64,000 nt of DNA from an uncultured Chloroflexia bacterium (GTDB lineage: Bacteria > Chloroflexota > Anaerolineae > CG2-30-64-16), in contig CAVZDU010000010.1 in the NCBI GenBank assembly GCA_963774265.1, positions 64,001 to 128,000 on the forward strand, written 5' to 3'. Below are positions 40,560 to 51,534 of this stretch, in pieces; within the stretch, counting starts at the first letter, position 1, and each line of letters opens with the position of its first letter. The notes beneath the pieces are model-generated. The model ran no database searches. It worked only from the letters and a program-made list of their open reading frames with translations, and was not told the origin of the DNA. Position numbers and translations under genes: made by a program.

Positions 40560-43109
40560 TTACGGCAACACGGTCACCGTCGTATAAGCCTCGGTCGTGT
40601 TTCCTTCCAGATCCGCCACGATGAACCCGACGACGTATTCGCCCGCCGCCGCGTCCAGTTCCTCCCACTTGAACGGGTTGTTCACCTGGAAGGTCAGCGT
40701 GTCACCCGCTTCCTTAGCCAGCTGCATGCCGCCCTGGCCGTCTGATTCCAGCCACGTCTCGGTCACCGTGAACTTGTCGCCGGCCGTCACCGTGACCTCC
40801 CGCGGTGCGCCGGGTGTGCCATCTTCCTGCGTGAAGGCGAATACCTGCCTCAGCAAGCCGTCCCGGAAGTATGCCCGTGCATGCCGCTGCTCGCCGTCCT
40901 GGTACGTGTAGGTGCCATCCACCGTGTAGATGGTATCCTCATAGGTGGCGCCATACGTTTCGGGCATCAGCGCGGCCTGTGCGCGCGTCTGACCATCCGT
41001 GATGGCGTAAGCGATGGGTTCCCACTCGAACTCCAGCTTGAAATCGCCCTCACCCCAATCCGGGTAGTACACGCCGTTCGCTTCCTTTGTCGCAGGCGCC
41101 TCGAGATAATCCCGATCGAGGATAGCGATCGAGCTGGACTTCTTATCGAGGTAGCCGGTGAAGAAGTAGACGTACCCAATGTTTTCCCCGCTGACATTCG
41201 TGCTCAACAGGACGGTATCGCGGATCGCGACCTCGTTCTTGTCCTTCTGAACGGGAGACAGCGTAATCTTTCCCGCGCCGGGTGCACGTGTCACGCCGCC
41301 GGTCTGGGGCACCGTGACGCCACGCGTGTCCGCCTCAAACGTCCGGCCGCCGTAGTGGAACAGCAGGAACTCATCCCACAGCGAATCCTGGGCGAATCGG
41401 TTTGCGATCTTAGTATAGGATTGCGGCCCGGCGGCCGGCTGCTGATAAACCTGGCCCGTTGGGAAGTAAATCGAGATGCCTGTCGCGCCCGGTTTGTCCT
41501 GCCCGCTCTTCTCCGCGATCACTGTCTCTGTGATCACCTGGGCGACGTTCCTTGCGGCCGCGTTGACCCCCTGATCCTTGCTTGCCTGCGTCAACAGGAT
41601 GAGGAAGTGGCCCAGGTCGATGTAAGATGGCGGCACCTGTTGTCCGAAGATCGAAGTGAACGACTGAGTATACCGCCGTGCCTTGGCGACAGCGTTCTGG
41701 TCGATGTTCTGCATGGCATAGGCCAGTTTGTTCACGCTCTCGACCAGCGCCGTTGTCTTCTCCAGGTCGACGGCGGTCAGTGTGACCCCGCGACCCAACT
41801 GCTGGCGGATCTGCTGAGCCGAAGCGCCTCCCATTGTGCTGCTGCGGCCGACCCACTCACTGCGCGCCTGGTCATCCAGGATGCGCTCATCCTGGTCGAC
41901 ATAGCTGGTTACGATCTGCTGGCCGAGCTCTGCGCCGCTCATGTCCGGGTTCTTGACGAGTTGGCTGAGGAACGCGGTGTAAGCCCAGCCCAACGCGGGC
42001 TCGGTCTCTTGCGAAAAGACCGCGTAGCGGCCATGCGGTGCGAGCGCGCTCATCACCTCAATGTGCCCCATCAGGCACGCGTCCATGCCGATCAATTCGA
42101 ATTTGTCGATGCCTGCCTGCTGCCGGGCTGTTTCCAGCGCAGCATCCAGCTCATTCAGGTACAACTGATCGCCCAGAGACGACTCCAGCGGAATGCTCCG
42201 GTCGATGCTTTGCCCCTGCTGCCCCGGATCCGGATCCGACCAGCCGCCCGGCCACCCCATCCCGTGGTCCGACAGGATCAACACATAGTTGTCCGCCGGG
42301 TAATTCTTTGCGGTCCATGTGACGAAGTCGACCAGTGTCTCTCCCGCGGACATGTTGAGTTCGCCTTCGCCGATCAGCTTGGAGCCGACCCGCGTCAGAT
42401 CCTGGTCAGGCTCGATGACGTAGCGCCGGGTCGCCGTCCAGTTCCCATCCCCGTTGAACCCGCCGCGATAGCGGTCGATCTGGGCAACCATATGCACGCG
42501 GTCCGTAGGACCGACGCGCTCCACCTCGTTCAGGTCGATGTAGATGTCCTGCTCGAGTATTTTGTCGTCCGCATCCTGGTACAACATGATGGTCCAGGTT
42601 TGGCCGGCTTTCGTGGCGCTCTGACCTGCAGCACTCGATGCGGTTGTCGCGACCGCCGCCTTCGTTGCAACCGGTGCAGTCGTGGGGCGCCGGGTGGCCG
42701 TGGCGCGGGGCGCCGCGGTCGCCAATGGCCGCGGCGTCGCGGTCGGCTGCATCTGCAAACCGGGCAGCGTCTGCTCCTGGGTCGGCTCCGGCAGCGTCGT
42801 GGTCGTCTGATTGCTGTTGCACCGGCCCAACACCAAGAACGCGATGAGCGCGCAGATGAGGAGCAGCCCAATCCCACCGCCGGCAGCACCGCGCGTGCCG
42901 CCAGGGATCTGCAGCCCTCCGCCGCCACCGCTCGATGGCGTGAATCCGCCCCCTCCACCGCTCGACGGCGTGCCTCCTCCGCCTCCGCCGCTCGACGGCG
43001 TGCCGCCATCGTCCCGCTGTGGCGCTTCGGCGCGCTCGCGTTGCGACGGATCTTGATCGGTGCGCCGACGACGGCCTGCACGTACAGTGCGATCAGGGTC
43101 GTCAGCCAT
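40560..43109 (-). CDS. Membrane-anchored clostripain-family (C11) cysteine peptidase
   Basis: WTIMLY, ILSDHGMGW (His), GMDACLMG (Cys), SQETEP; Gly-rich N-terminus, one TM, Pro/Thr linker; start uncertain. Confidence 0.87.
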   Translation of the reverse strand: MADDPDRTVRAGRRRRTDQDPSQRERAEAPQRDDGGTPSSGGGGGGTPSSGGGGGFTPSSGGGGGLQIPGGTRGAAGGGIGLLLICALIAFLVLGRCNSNQTTTTLPEPTQEQTLPGLQMQPTATPRPLATAAPRATATRRPTTAPVATKAAVATTASSAAGQSATKAGQTWTIMLYQDADDKILEQDIYIDLNEVERVGPTDRVHMVAQIDRYRGGFNGDGNWTATRRYVIEPDQDLTRVGSKLIGEGELNMSAGETLVDFVTWTAKNYPADNYVLILSDHGMGWPGGWSDPDPGQQGQSIDRSIPLESSLGDQLYLNELDAALETARQQAGIDKFELIGMDACLMGHIEVMSALAPHGRYAVFSQETEPALGWAYTAFLSQLVKNPDMSGAELGQQIVTSYVDQDERILDDQARSEWVGRSSTMGGASAQQIRQQLGRGVTLTAVDLEKTTALVESVNKLAYAMQNIDQNAVAKARRYTQSFTSIFGQQVPPSYIDLGHFLILLTQASKDQGVNAAARNVAQVITETVIAEKSGQDKPGATGISIYFPTGQVYQQPAAGPQSYTKIANRFAQDSLWDEFLLFHYGGRTFEADTRGVTVPQTGGVTRAPGAGKITLSPVQKDKNEVAIRDTVLLSTNVSGENIGYVYFFTGYLDKKSSSIAILDRDYLEAPATKEANGVYYPDWGEGDFKLEFEWEPIAYAITDGQTRAQAALMPETYGATYEDTIYTVDGTYTYQDGEQRHARAYFRDGLLRQVFAFTQEDGTPGAPREVTVTAGDKFTVTETWLESDGQGGMQLAKEAGDTLTFQVNNPFKWEELDAAAGEYVVGFIVADLEGNTTEAYTTVTVLP
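42919..43007 (-). repeat. Three ~30-bp coding tandem repeats (GGTPSSGGGG)
   Basis: CCGCTCGA(C/T)GGCGTG recurs at 30-bp spacing. Confidence 0.8.
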
Positions 43110-43445
43110 CAGCAGCCAGTTGCGCGGCGTTTCCTCCGATGCGCGCTGGCTGTGTCTCCCGCCAAGGGCAGTGGCGGACTCCAGTTTCGGGTATAACAGA
43201 TCAAACGGATTCTTCATCACTCCCAATGCCTTTCTGACGGACGCGACATGGTAGACCGTCGCGGAGGAATGTATGCGCATTCTGGCCGGCGGCGCAACTC
43301 AGGATTGCCAGACATGTTGCCCCGCCGCAAGTGGCGCGATAATGAGTCGATGCATATCGAATCCATCGGTACATTGTACCCTTATATCACGAATAGATTA
43401 AGAAACAAATCACAGAAAGGCGTGGATCGAAAGGAGGAGGTCGGG

Positions 43446-43793
43446 ATGGAACCCAGCTTTTTTGACCGGGCGTATGCCGTCATCCGCATGATCCCGCGCG
43501 GCCGAGTCGCCAGCTACGGACAGATTGCTGCGCTCCTCGGCCATCCGCAGGCCGCGCGCACGGTCGGATGGGCGCTGAACGCGCTCCGCGATAGCGATAT
43601 CGACGATGTGCCCTGGCAACGCGTCATAAACAGCCAGGGCCGCATCAGCATCTCCCGTGCTGACCTCGGCGCGGACTTGCAGCGCGCGCTGTTGGAGGAA
43701 GAGGGGGTCGAGTTCAACAGCCGCGGCTATGTGGATCTGGACCGGTTCGGTTGGGAGGGCATGGACGACGTCGAGCAACTTTGGCGAACATAG
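43446..43793 (+). CDS. Alkyltransferase-like (ATL/MGMT family) protein
   Basis: IPRGRVASYGQIA, ARTVGWAL, PWQRVINSQG. Confidence 0.9.
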   Translation: MEPSFFDRAYAVIRMIPRGRVASYGQIAALLGHPQAARTVGWALNALRDSDIDDVPWQRVINSQGRISISRADLGADLQRALLEEEGVEFNSRGYVDLDRFGWEGMDDVEQLWRT

Positions 43794-43805
43794 CGGCGCA
43801 CTGAT

Positions 43806-43834
43806 TTGCGGTTTGCCAACAAATGTTCTAAAAT
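43806..43834 (+). promoter_or_regulatory. Putative promoter of the C-N hydrolase/ltaE pair
   Basis: TTGCGG-17 bp-TAAAAT. Confidence 0.55.
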
Positions 43835-43864
43835 GCGGTTACAATCTGTGACAGGAGCAGTCTG

Positions 43865-44677
43865 ATGCGAGAAGTCACCATCGCGTTGGCGCAAATGGCG
43901 CCAGTGCTGAATGACAACGAAGAGAACCTGCGCCGGATGGGTAGCTACATCCAGCGCATTTGTAGTGAGCAGCCCACGAATCTCATTGTCTTCCCTGAGC
44001 TGGCCCTCTCCGGATACGAGTGCGGACTCAACTTTACCCGTCTCGCGGAGCGCCTCACGGGGCACGCGGTGTCTTACGTCGCCGGCAAGGCGGCGGAGTT
44101 CAACGTCTACGTCGTCTTCGGTATGCCTGTCAAGGAGAAGGTGGAGAGCATCCTCTTCAATGCGGCGGTTGTGATCGGACCGGACGGTGAACTGCTGGGC
44201 GACTATCGTAAGTTGCACCTGCAAGGGGAGGAGCGCCTCGCATTCCGGCCGGGGTATCGCCTGCCCATCTTCGACACCGAGTTTGGCGGCCTGGGCGTTA
44301 TGATCGGCTGGGATATGGCGTTCCCCGAAGTTGCTCGCAGCCTTGCGCTCGACGGCGCGGATCTCATTGTGGCGCCCTCAGCCTGGACGTCTGATCAGAT
44401 GGAGGCCTGGCGCGCATACACGGTCTCTCGCGCATGCGAGAACGCCATGGTCATCGCCGCGGCCAACCGAGTGGGCCAGGAGCCGAGTTACACCTTTGGC
44501 GGCGAATCGATGCTTGTCGGCCCGCGCGGCCAGACGCATACCTTCCTGGACGCGGCCGTCGAAGGCTACGCCGTCGCAACCGTGGACCTGGATGAGATCC
44601 GCACGGTCCGTGAGGAATCACAGGCTTTTCAGTGCCGCCAGCCCGCGGCCTATCGCGCGCTCGTGAGGAAATACTAA
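43865..44677 (+). CDS. Carbon-nitrogen hydrolase (nitrilase) family protein lacking the catalytic Cys
   Basis: VFPELALSGY, YRKLHL, MIGWDMAFPE, RACEN, ANRVG. Confidence 0.88.
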   Translation: MREVTIALAQMAPVLNDNEENLRRMGSYIQRICSEQPTNLIVFPELALSGYECGLNFTRLAERLTGHAVSYVAGKAAEFNVYVVFGMPVKEKVESILFNAAVVIGPDGELLGDYRKLHLQGEERLAFRPGYRLPIFDTEFGGLGVMIGWDMAFPEVARSLALDGADLIVAPSAWTSDQMEAWRAYTVSRACENAMVIAAANRVGQEPSYTFGGESMLVGPRGQTHTFLDAAVEGYAVATVDLDEIRTVREESQAFQCRQPAAYRALVRKY

Positions 44678-44680
44678 GCA

Positions 44681-45715
<1,035 letters not shown>

Positions 45716-45742
45716 GCTTTCACCACCAAGGCGCCAGGCAGC

Positions 45743-45773
45743 AAGGGCCCACCGAGTATCTTGGTGGGCCTTT
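45743..45773. terminator. Hairpin between convergent genes
   Basis: 14-bp stem (with G-U pairs) AAGGGCCCACCGAG-TAT-CTTGGTGGGCCTTT. Confidence 0.6.
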
Positions 45774-45793
45774 GAGCCCTGGAGCCGTTGCGG

Positions 45794-47731
45794 TTACGTC
45801 AGGCTTTTGATCGATTGCTCGATCTGCTGCTTCAGGCCCTCGATCGCTGCTCGCAGCGCCGCGTCCGCGCGATCCAATTCGGCCAGCCGGTCCTCCTGCT
45901 CCGCCAGCGTGCGCGCATAGCGAGTGCGTAACTGCCCCTCTTCGCCGCTGTCTCGCAGGCTGGCCAGGTTGCCCTGGATCGTTTTTTGCTGCTCCAGCAC
46001 CTTCTGCCTGCTGGCAGCATTCTTTTGGATCTCCTGTTCGCGCGCCGCGATTTCGTCGTACAGCTTCAGGATGCCGGCCAGCCGGTCATAGGTGGCCTTG
46101 TCCAGCGCCTTATCGCGCAGCCAGGCGGCCAGTTGCGCCAGGTTCTGGTTCCGAATCTCCTCCCGCCGCGCCACGAGGCGCCGTTGTCTGACGACGAGAG
46201 TATTCGTCTTGGCTGCCGGAATGTCGAGGCTGTAACGATAGTGCTCTGCCGTCCGTTCCACAGGGTCCGGCGTGTCGTAAGGATTGAACCCGCCGAGCAC
46301 AGGGTGCTCCACCGTGACGCGCACGGCCTGCCGGGTGCGGTTCTCAAGCCGGTACGTCGTCGCCTGGGTATCCCACTCCTGCACCACCACCAGCCCCTCG
46401 TGAATGCGCACGCTCTCCAGCTTGCGCTCGGAGCTGTGTTCCTCGGTCACAGTGACGCTCAGGTCGACCGCGTACGCCAGGTAAATCTCGCCCTCGCTCG
46501 AGGTGAATGGCAGCATCGCCTCACCCGCATACTCGCCTGCTTCGATCACGGTCAGCGGACCCCGTTCGAGGGTCAGCCCGGTCAGGTTTTTGAAGCGCAT
46601 GGCGATGACCGGATGCTTGGGCTGCTTGCGGCCGTTGTAGAGACGTTCCTTCATCAGCGCCACTGTGCTTTGCAGGATGGGCGCCATGGCCGAGCGCCCG
46701 CGGCGTACGGTCACCGGGTTCGCGACCGCATAGCTGAAGAATTCTCCCTGGGCCTGGCCCGTGGCCGCGACCGTGGTCGACGCCGCGACATCCGCCATTG
46801 CCGCGCGCATCACGCCCCGCCTGGGTGCAGCGGCCACGGCTTCGCGCATCAGCCCCTTCGCCATGCGCCCCTCATCCATCGACAGGGGCGCGGCCGCTTC
46901 AAATGTCCCTGCGAACTCGACAGGCCCGGCAACCCCGCGCGCCTCCTCCTGAATCACCGGCCGCTCGGGCGTGAAGGGCGTGTACAGATCATAGATGAAG
47001 CTGACCGGCATGCCCGCCACGAAGGTGAGTTCGACGTTCTCCAGATCCTCGTCCAGCGTATTGTCGAACAGCGCCCACCCCTGCAGAAGTCCCTTGCCGC
47101 CCTTGAGCGCGTCGACCTCATCGGCCACCAGCCGGTAGCTCACGCGCCACACCGGGCTCGGCGCGATGTAACTGACGCTCACTGCCTCCGCGCCCGGCGA
47201 CAGCCGCACGGTCACCGCGCGCTTGTTCTCCTCGGTCAGGCTCGTCTCCAGGAAGTAACTCAGGTCCGCGGCCGCGCGCTCGTCGTCCAGCGTCACGCTC
47301 AGGATATCCGCGAGCCGCAGAGGGATGATTTCGCGCGTTACGGGCGCGAACAGCGACAGCACTGTCGCTCCCATCGGCTCTCGTTCGCCGGGCAGGTCCA
47401 CCCCCACGACAATGCCGCTGTGCGACGAGCCCGTGGTGGTCACCTGGATGCTCCGGCCCCGCACGTCGCGCAGCAAATCGCGCAAGCTGGCCTGATCGGA
47501 GAGCTGAATCGACGACCGCTGGAGTAGCTCTGCTTTATCCTCCGGCGTCTGATAATCCACGCCGAGCACCTGGCCGCCTGCGGCTACCGCGGTCAGGCTC
47601 TTCAGAACGTCATTCATCTGCTCCTTGCGAAAGTCCAGGCTGACAATCTCGCCCGGCCCATGCCCGTGGCGCTCGAAGAACCCAACACCATGCTTATATA
47701 ACGTCATCTTGACGATCGGTAAACCGGACAT
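45794..47731 (-). CDS. DUF4139/DUF4140-like protein with C-terminal coiled coil
   Basis: LYKHGVGFF, NDVLKSL, SYIAPSPVWRVSYRL, QGWALFDN, C-terminal heptads. Confidence 0.75.
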   Translation of the reverse strand: MSGLPIVKMTLYKHGVGFFERHGHGPGEIVSLDFRKEQMNDVLKSLTAVAAGGQVLGVDYQTPEDKAELLQRSSIQLSDQASLRDLLRDVRGRSIQVTTTGSSHSGIVVGVDLPGEREPMGATVLSLFAPVTREIIPLRLADILSVTLDDERAAADLSYFLETSLTEENKRAVTVRLSPGAEAVSVSYIAPSPVWRVSYRLVADEVDALKGGKGLLQGWALFDNTLDEDLENVELTFVAGMPVSFIYDLYTPFTPERPVIQEEARGVAGPVEFAGTFEAAAPLSMDEGRMAKGLMREAVAAAPRRGVMRAAMADVAASTTVAATGQAQGEFFSYAVANPVTVRRGRSAMAPILQSTVALMKERLYNGRKQPKHPVIAMRFKNLTGLTLERGPLTVIEAGEYAGEAMLPFTSSEGEIYLAYAVDLSVTVTEEHSSERKLESVRIHEGLVVVQEWDTQATTYRLENRTRQAVRVTVEHPVLGGFNPYDTPDPVERTAEHYRYSLDIPAAKTNTLVVRQRRLVARREEIRNQNLAQLAAWLRDKALDKATYDRLAGILKLYDEIAAREQEIQKNAASRQKVLEQQKTIQGNLASLRDSGEEGQLRTRYARTLAEQEDRLAELDRADAALRAAIEGLKQQIEQSIKSLT

Positions 47732-47822
47732 CGCACTCCTCCATTCGGGGCTCGCTTTCCCTATTGTACTGCAGAATCGGTTGCTCCGCGCAACCCAATC
47801 GCCCCCGCGGCGTATGGTTCAT

Positions 47823-47879
47823 GTAGAGACGTTGCATGCAACGTCTCTACAACGGGACGCAACGTCTCTACAACGGGAC
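47823..47879. repeat. GTAG-type REP-like perfect palindrome plus 21-bp tandem duplication
   Basis: GTAGAGACGTTGCATGCAACGTCTCTAC (47823-47850); GCAACGTCTCTACAACGGGAC twice (47838-47879). Confidence 0.85.
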
Positions 47880-48008
47880 GCCGCGCGTGCGTCAGCCAAC
47901 CGTCAACCGGCAGACAGCCGCGCGTTCGGCAGGCTCAGGCAAACGTGTTACCATATAGTTGCATGAGCAAATCTATATTGCCCTTGCCCTTTCTATTCGG
48001 AGCATACC

Positions 48009-48959
48009 ATGACTCAGCCCATCGTCTCACTCTCCGGCCTCTGCAAGACCTTCGGCACGTTGCGCGCAGTGGACGAAGTCTCGTTCGAGGTCTACCCGGG
48101 TGAGATCTTCGGTCTCCTCGGCCCCAACGGCGCAGGCAAGACGACCACCATCCGCATGATGCTCGACATCTTCCGCCCCGACTGCGGCGAGGTCCGGCTC
48201 TTCGGCGGCCCCATGTCCGAGGACAAGAAGCGCCGCATCGGCTACATGCCCGAGGAGCGCGGCCTCTATCGCGATCAGAAGCTAGCGCCGACGCTGGAGT
48301 ATCTCGCCACGCTTAAGGGGCTGTCTGAGTCCGAGGCGGCGCGGCGGCTGGAGAAGTGGCTCAAGCGGCTCGACCTCTGGGGCGACCGCCAGAAGAAGGT
48401 CCAGGACCTGAGCCGCGGCATGCAGCAGAAGGCCCAACTCATCGCCACACTCGTGCACGAGCCGGACCTGATCGTGGTCGACGAGCCCTTCGCCAACCTC
48501 GACCCGATCAACACCCGGATGGCTATCGAGATGCTCACCGAACAGGCCGAGCGGGGCAAGGCGGTCATCATGTCCACCCACCTGATGTTCCAGGTCGAGG
48601 CCATGTGCCACCGCATCGTGCTCATTGATAAGGGCCGCACGGTGCTCTATGGCACAGTGGATCAGATCAAGCGCGATTTCTCCACCAACGCGGTGCTGGT
48701 GGAGGGGCAGGGCGATTTCCGTTCCCTGCCCGGCGTCCTTGAGGCGCGGCAGGAGAACAGCCACTGGCATCTCTCCCTCGCCCAAGGCGCTACACCCCAG
48801 GCTGTCTTCCGTGCGCTGGCCGGGCAAGAGGGTGCGCGCATCGAACGTTTCGAGCTGGCCGAGCCTTCCCTGGACGACATCTTCATCAACGTCGTGCAGG
48901 ACGGCGGCTCCGGCCGCAGCGGCGGCCGCAACGGCGGCAGGGAGGCCTCCGATGGATAA
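48009..48959 (+). CDS. ABC-2 exporter ATPase (NatA/YhaQ-like)
   Basis: GPNGAGKTT, GYMPEERGLY, LSRGMQQK, VVDEP. Confidence 0.92.
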   Translation: MTQPIVSLSGLCKTFGTLRAVDEVSFEVYPGEIFGLLGPNGAGKTTTIRMMLDIFRPDCGEVRLFGGPMSEDKKRRIGYMPEERGLYRDQKLAPTLEYLATLKGLSESEAARRLEKWLKRLDLWGDRQKKVQDLSRGMQQKAQLIATLVHEPDLIVVDEPFANLDPINTRMAIEMLTEQAERGKAVIMSTHLMFQVEAMCHRIVLIDKGRTVLYGTVDQIKRDFSTNAVLVEGQGDFRSLPGVLEARQENSHWHLSLAQGATPQAVFRALAGQEGARIERFELAEPSLDDIFINVVQDGGSGRSGGRNGGREASDG

Positions 48960-50184
48960 CCTCTGGCGGATCGCGCGCGCCGAGTACCTGCGGCTCGCGG
49001 CGAAGCGCTCCTTCCTGCTCTCGCTCATCGGCATGCCGCTCCTGATCGGCGCGGTCATTGCCATCGCGATCCTCACCGCGTTGCCCAAGGGCGACGCCCG
49101 CCCCATCGGCTACGTCGATCTTGCCGGCGTCATGCAGGGTGCGCTGGTCTCGATCTACGAGCCCGCGGCGGACGCGCGGGCCATGGCCTCCTTCGCGGAC
49201 GAGGCCGCAGCACGTGCTGCGCTCGAGGCGGGCGACATCCAGGCCTACTACGTGGTGCCGGCGGACTACCTGGCGTCGCGCAGCCTATCCCTGTTCACCT
49301 GGGGAGAATCGCTCTCGCCCGGCGCGAGGGGGGCCTTCGAGGATCTGCTGGCGGCCCACCTCGTGGCGCAGGCGCCCCCGGAGTCACAGAAGGTCCTGCT
49401 CGAAGGCATAAACCTGATTTATCGAGGCGTCAACGACCGCCGCGAGCTTCCCGTCGAAGGTTTCCTCGTCGCCACGATTCTGCCGTTTGTCATCGGCTTC
49501 TTCTTCGTGATGGTCGTCATGAGTTCCGGCGGCTACCTGCTCCAGGCCGTGACCACCGAGAAGGAGAACCGCATGGTCGAGGTGATGATGACCTCGGTCT
49601 CGCCGTTGGCGCTCATCGGGGGCAAGGCCGTCGGCTTGATCGGCGTAGCCCTTACCCAGGTCCTGGTCTGGCTCATCGCCCTGGCCGTGGCGCTCGCGTT
49701 CGGCAGTCGCCAGGTGTCGTGGTTGAGCGATCTCCAGGTGCCTTGGACCACCCTGCTCCTCGCGGCCGTCTACTTCCTGCCCACGTACGTGTTGCTTGCG
49801 GGCATGATGATCACCGTCGGCAGCATGGTGACCGAGCTCCAGCACGGCCAGCAGATCGCCGGCTACTTCAACTTGCTTTTTGCCGTGCCCTTCTTTTTCA
49901 TCGTGCTTCTTTTCAGCAACCCCAACAGCCCGATCATGGTTGCGCTGACGCTCTTCCCCACAACCTCGATGATGACCCTCGCGATGCGCTGGGGCGTCAC
50001 GCAGGTGCCCGCGTGGCAGATCGCCCTCAGCTTCGCCCTGCTCCTCGCATCCGCCCTGGGGAGCATCTGGGTGGCCGCCAAGGTGTTCCGCCTGGGCATG
50101 CTGCGTTACGGTCAGCCCTTGAGCCTGGCCGGCCTGGTCAACCTGCTGCGCCCTGCCCGCGCGGCGAGCGGAGCGAGAAGATGA
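48952..50184 (+). CDS. ABC-2 exporter permease (NatB/YhaP-like)
   Basis: TM helices, EKENRMVEVMMTS, GGK. Confidence 0.88.
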   Translation: MDNLWRIARAEYLRLAAKRSFLLSLIGMPLLIGAVIAIAILTALPKGDARPIGYVDLAGVMQGALVSIYEPAADARAMASFADEAAARAALEAGDIQAYYVVPADYLASRSLSLFTWGESLSPGARGAFEDLLAAHLVAQAPPESQKVLLEGINLIYRGVNDRRELPVEGFLVATILPFVIGFFFVMVVMSSGGYLLQAVTTEKENRMVEVMMTSVSPLALIGGKAVGLIGVALTQVLVWLIALAVALAFGSRQVSWLSDLQVPWTTLLLAAVYFLPTYVLLAGMMITVGSMVTELQHGQQIAGYFNLLFAVPFFFIVLLFSNPNSPIMVALTLFPTTSMMTLAMRWGVTQVPAWQIALSFALLLASALGSIWVAAKVFRLGMLRYGQPLSLAGLVNLLRPARAASGARR

Positions 50185-51428
50185 ACATGCGCAACGTCGG
50201 CCTCGTCATCAAGTACGAAATCGTCAGCATGCTTCGGAAACCGTCGTTCTGGCTCTTCACGTTCGGTTTTCCGCTCATGATCCTGGCCTTCACGTTCTTC
50301 CCGCAGCTCGTCGCACAGCGCTCGATCTCCGAGGCACAGGCCACCATTCTCGCTGGCGCACGCGGCCCTGCCGTCCCCTACGTCGACCTTGCGGGGGTCA
50401 TCGTCACCGTGCCCGACGACCTGCGACCTGCCTTCAAACCCTTCGCGGATGAGGACGCGGCCGTGGCCGCGCTCCGCGCAGGAGAAATCGCCCAGTACTA
50501 CCTGATCCCTGCCGACTTCCGGGAGACGGGCCGCGTGATCGCGGTGACCGAGCATCCCTCCCCGCTGACCAACATGACCGGCTCCGACCAGCTCGAGGCC
50601 GTCCTGCGCCTCAATCTGGCCGGCTCCAGCCCTGTGGCAGCCGCGCTTGCCGACCCGATTGCGCGGGTCGAGGAGCGCAGCCTGGCGCCGTCAGAGGGTG
50701 CGGCAGAGGGTCCCCGCAGCGAGATGGAGGAGATGACCGACTTCCTGATCCCGTTCGCGGTGATGTTCATCCTCTTCTTCGTGATCACCATGAGCGCAGG
50801 TTACATGCTGCAAAGCGTGACGCGCGAGAAGGAGAATCGCACCGCCGAGCTCCTGCTGACCAGCCTCAGCCCACGCGAACTGATATTGGGCAAGGTCGTC
50901 GGCCTGGGCATCGTGGCGCTCGTACAGATGGGCATTTGGTTGGGTGGGGGTCAGCTCATTCTGGTCGGCGGAGCGGTGGTCGTCGCGGGCCTCGCGGGCA
51001 AGGGACTTTCGTTGGGGTTCTTCGCCTGGGCGGTGGTCTTCTTCCTCTTCGGCTACATCGTCTACGCCGCCGCGCTCGGTGCGCTCGGTGCGCTCGCGCC
51101 CACCATGCGCGAGGGCTCCCAATTCACCTTCGTCCTGCTGCTGCCCCTGATGATCCCTTTGTGGCTGAACAACGTCTTCGTCAACGATTCGAATGGCCCG
51201 ATCGCCACCGCGTTGAGCCTCTTTCCGCTGACCGCGCCAACTACCATGGTCACCCGGCTCGCAGGGGGCGGCGTCCCGGCCTGGCAGCCCTTCGTCGCGC
51301 TTGCCGGCGTCATCGTCGCCGCGTACCTTTTCGTCCTGCTCGCCGCCCGCTTCTTCCGCGCCGACACGCTGCTCTCATCCACCAGCATCAGTTGGGGCCG
51401 GATAGCCAGCGAGCTACGGGGGAAATGA
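50181..51428 (+). CDS. ABC-2 exporter permease (paralog of the preceding gene)
   Basis: EKENRTAELLLTS, LGKVVG; ATGA coupling. Confidence 0.88.
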   Translation: MNMRNVGLVIKYEIVSMLRKPSFWLFTFGFPLMILAFTFFPQLVAQRSISEAQATILAGARGPAVPYVDLAGVIVTVPDDLRPAFKPFADEDAAVAALRAGEIAQYYLIPADFRETGRVIAVTEHPSPLTNMTGSDQLEAVLRLNLAGSSPVAAALADPIARVEERSLAPSEGAAEGPRSEMEEMTDFLIPFAVMFILFFVITMSAGYMLQSVTREKENRTAELLLTSLSPRELILGKVVGLGIVALVQMGIWLGGGQLILVGGAVVVAGLAGKGLSLGFFAWAVVFFLFGYIVYAAALGALGALAPTMREGSQFTFVLLLPLMIPLWLNNVFVNDSNGPIATALSLFPLTAPTTMVTRLAGGGVPAWQPFVALAGVIVAAYLFVLLAARFFRADTLLSSTSISWGRIASELRGK

Positions 51429-51455
51429 CGTAACAGATGCCCACTTGAGGCCCAA

Positions 51456-51504
51456 CGGATCAACGGTTATGATCACGTACGTCGGTGATTCATCCGTTGA
51501 TCCG
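51456..51504. repeat. 11-bp inverted repeat between convergent operons
   Basis: CGGATCAACGG (51456-51466) / CCGTTGATCCG (51494-51504). Confidence 0.55.
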
Positions 51505-51534
51505 CTCGATTATCCGCTGCGTTCGGTCGTTAGC

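Noticed and set aside
40881-43196. Long antisense ORFs (771 aa here; also 45986-47527, 25535-26836 and others)
   Set aside because: They are shadows of well-supported genes on the opposite strand in GC-rich DNA and have no recognisable motifs
43446-43793. Missing catalytic Cys (PWQRV) in the MGMT-like protein
   Set aside because: Trp at this position is the known signature of the ATL family
47823-47879. Possible CRISPR array
   Set aside because: Only two adjacent 21-bp copies, no spacers and no cas genes
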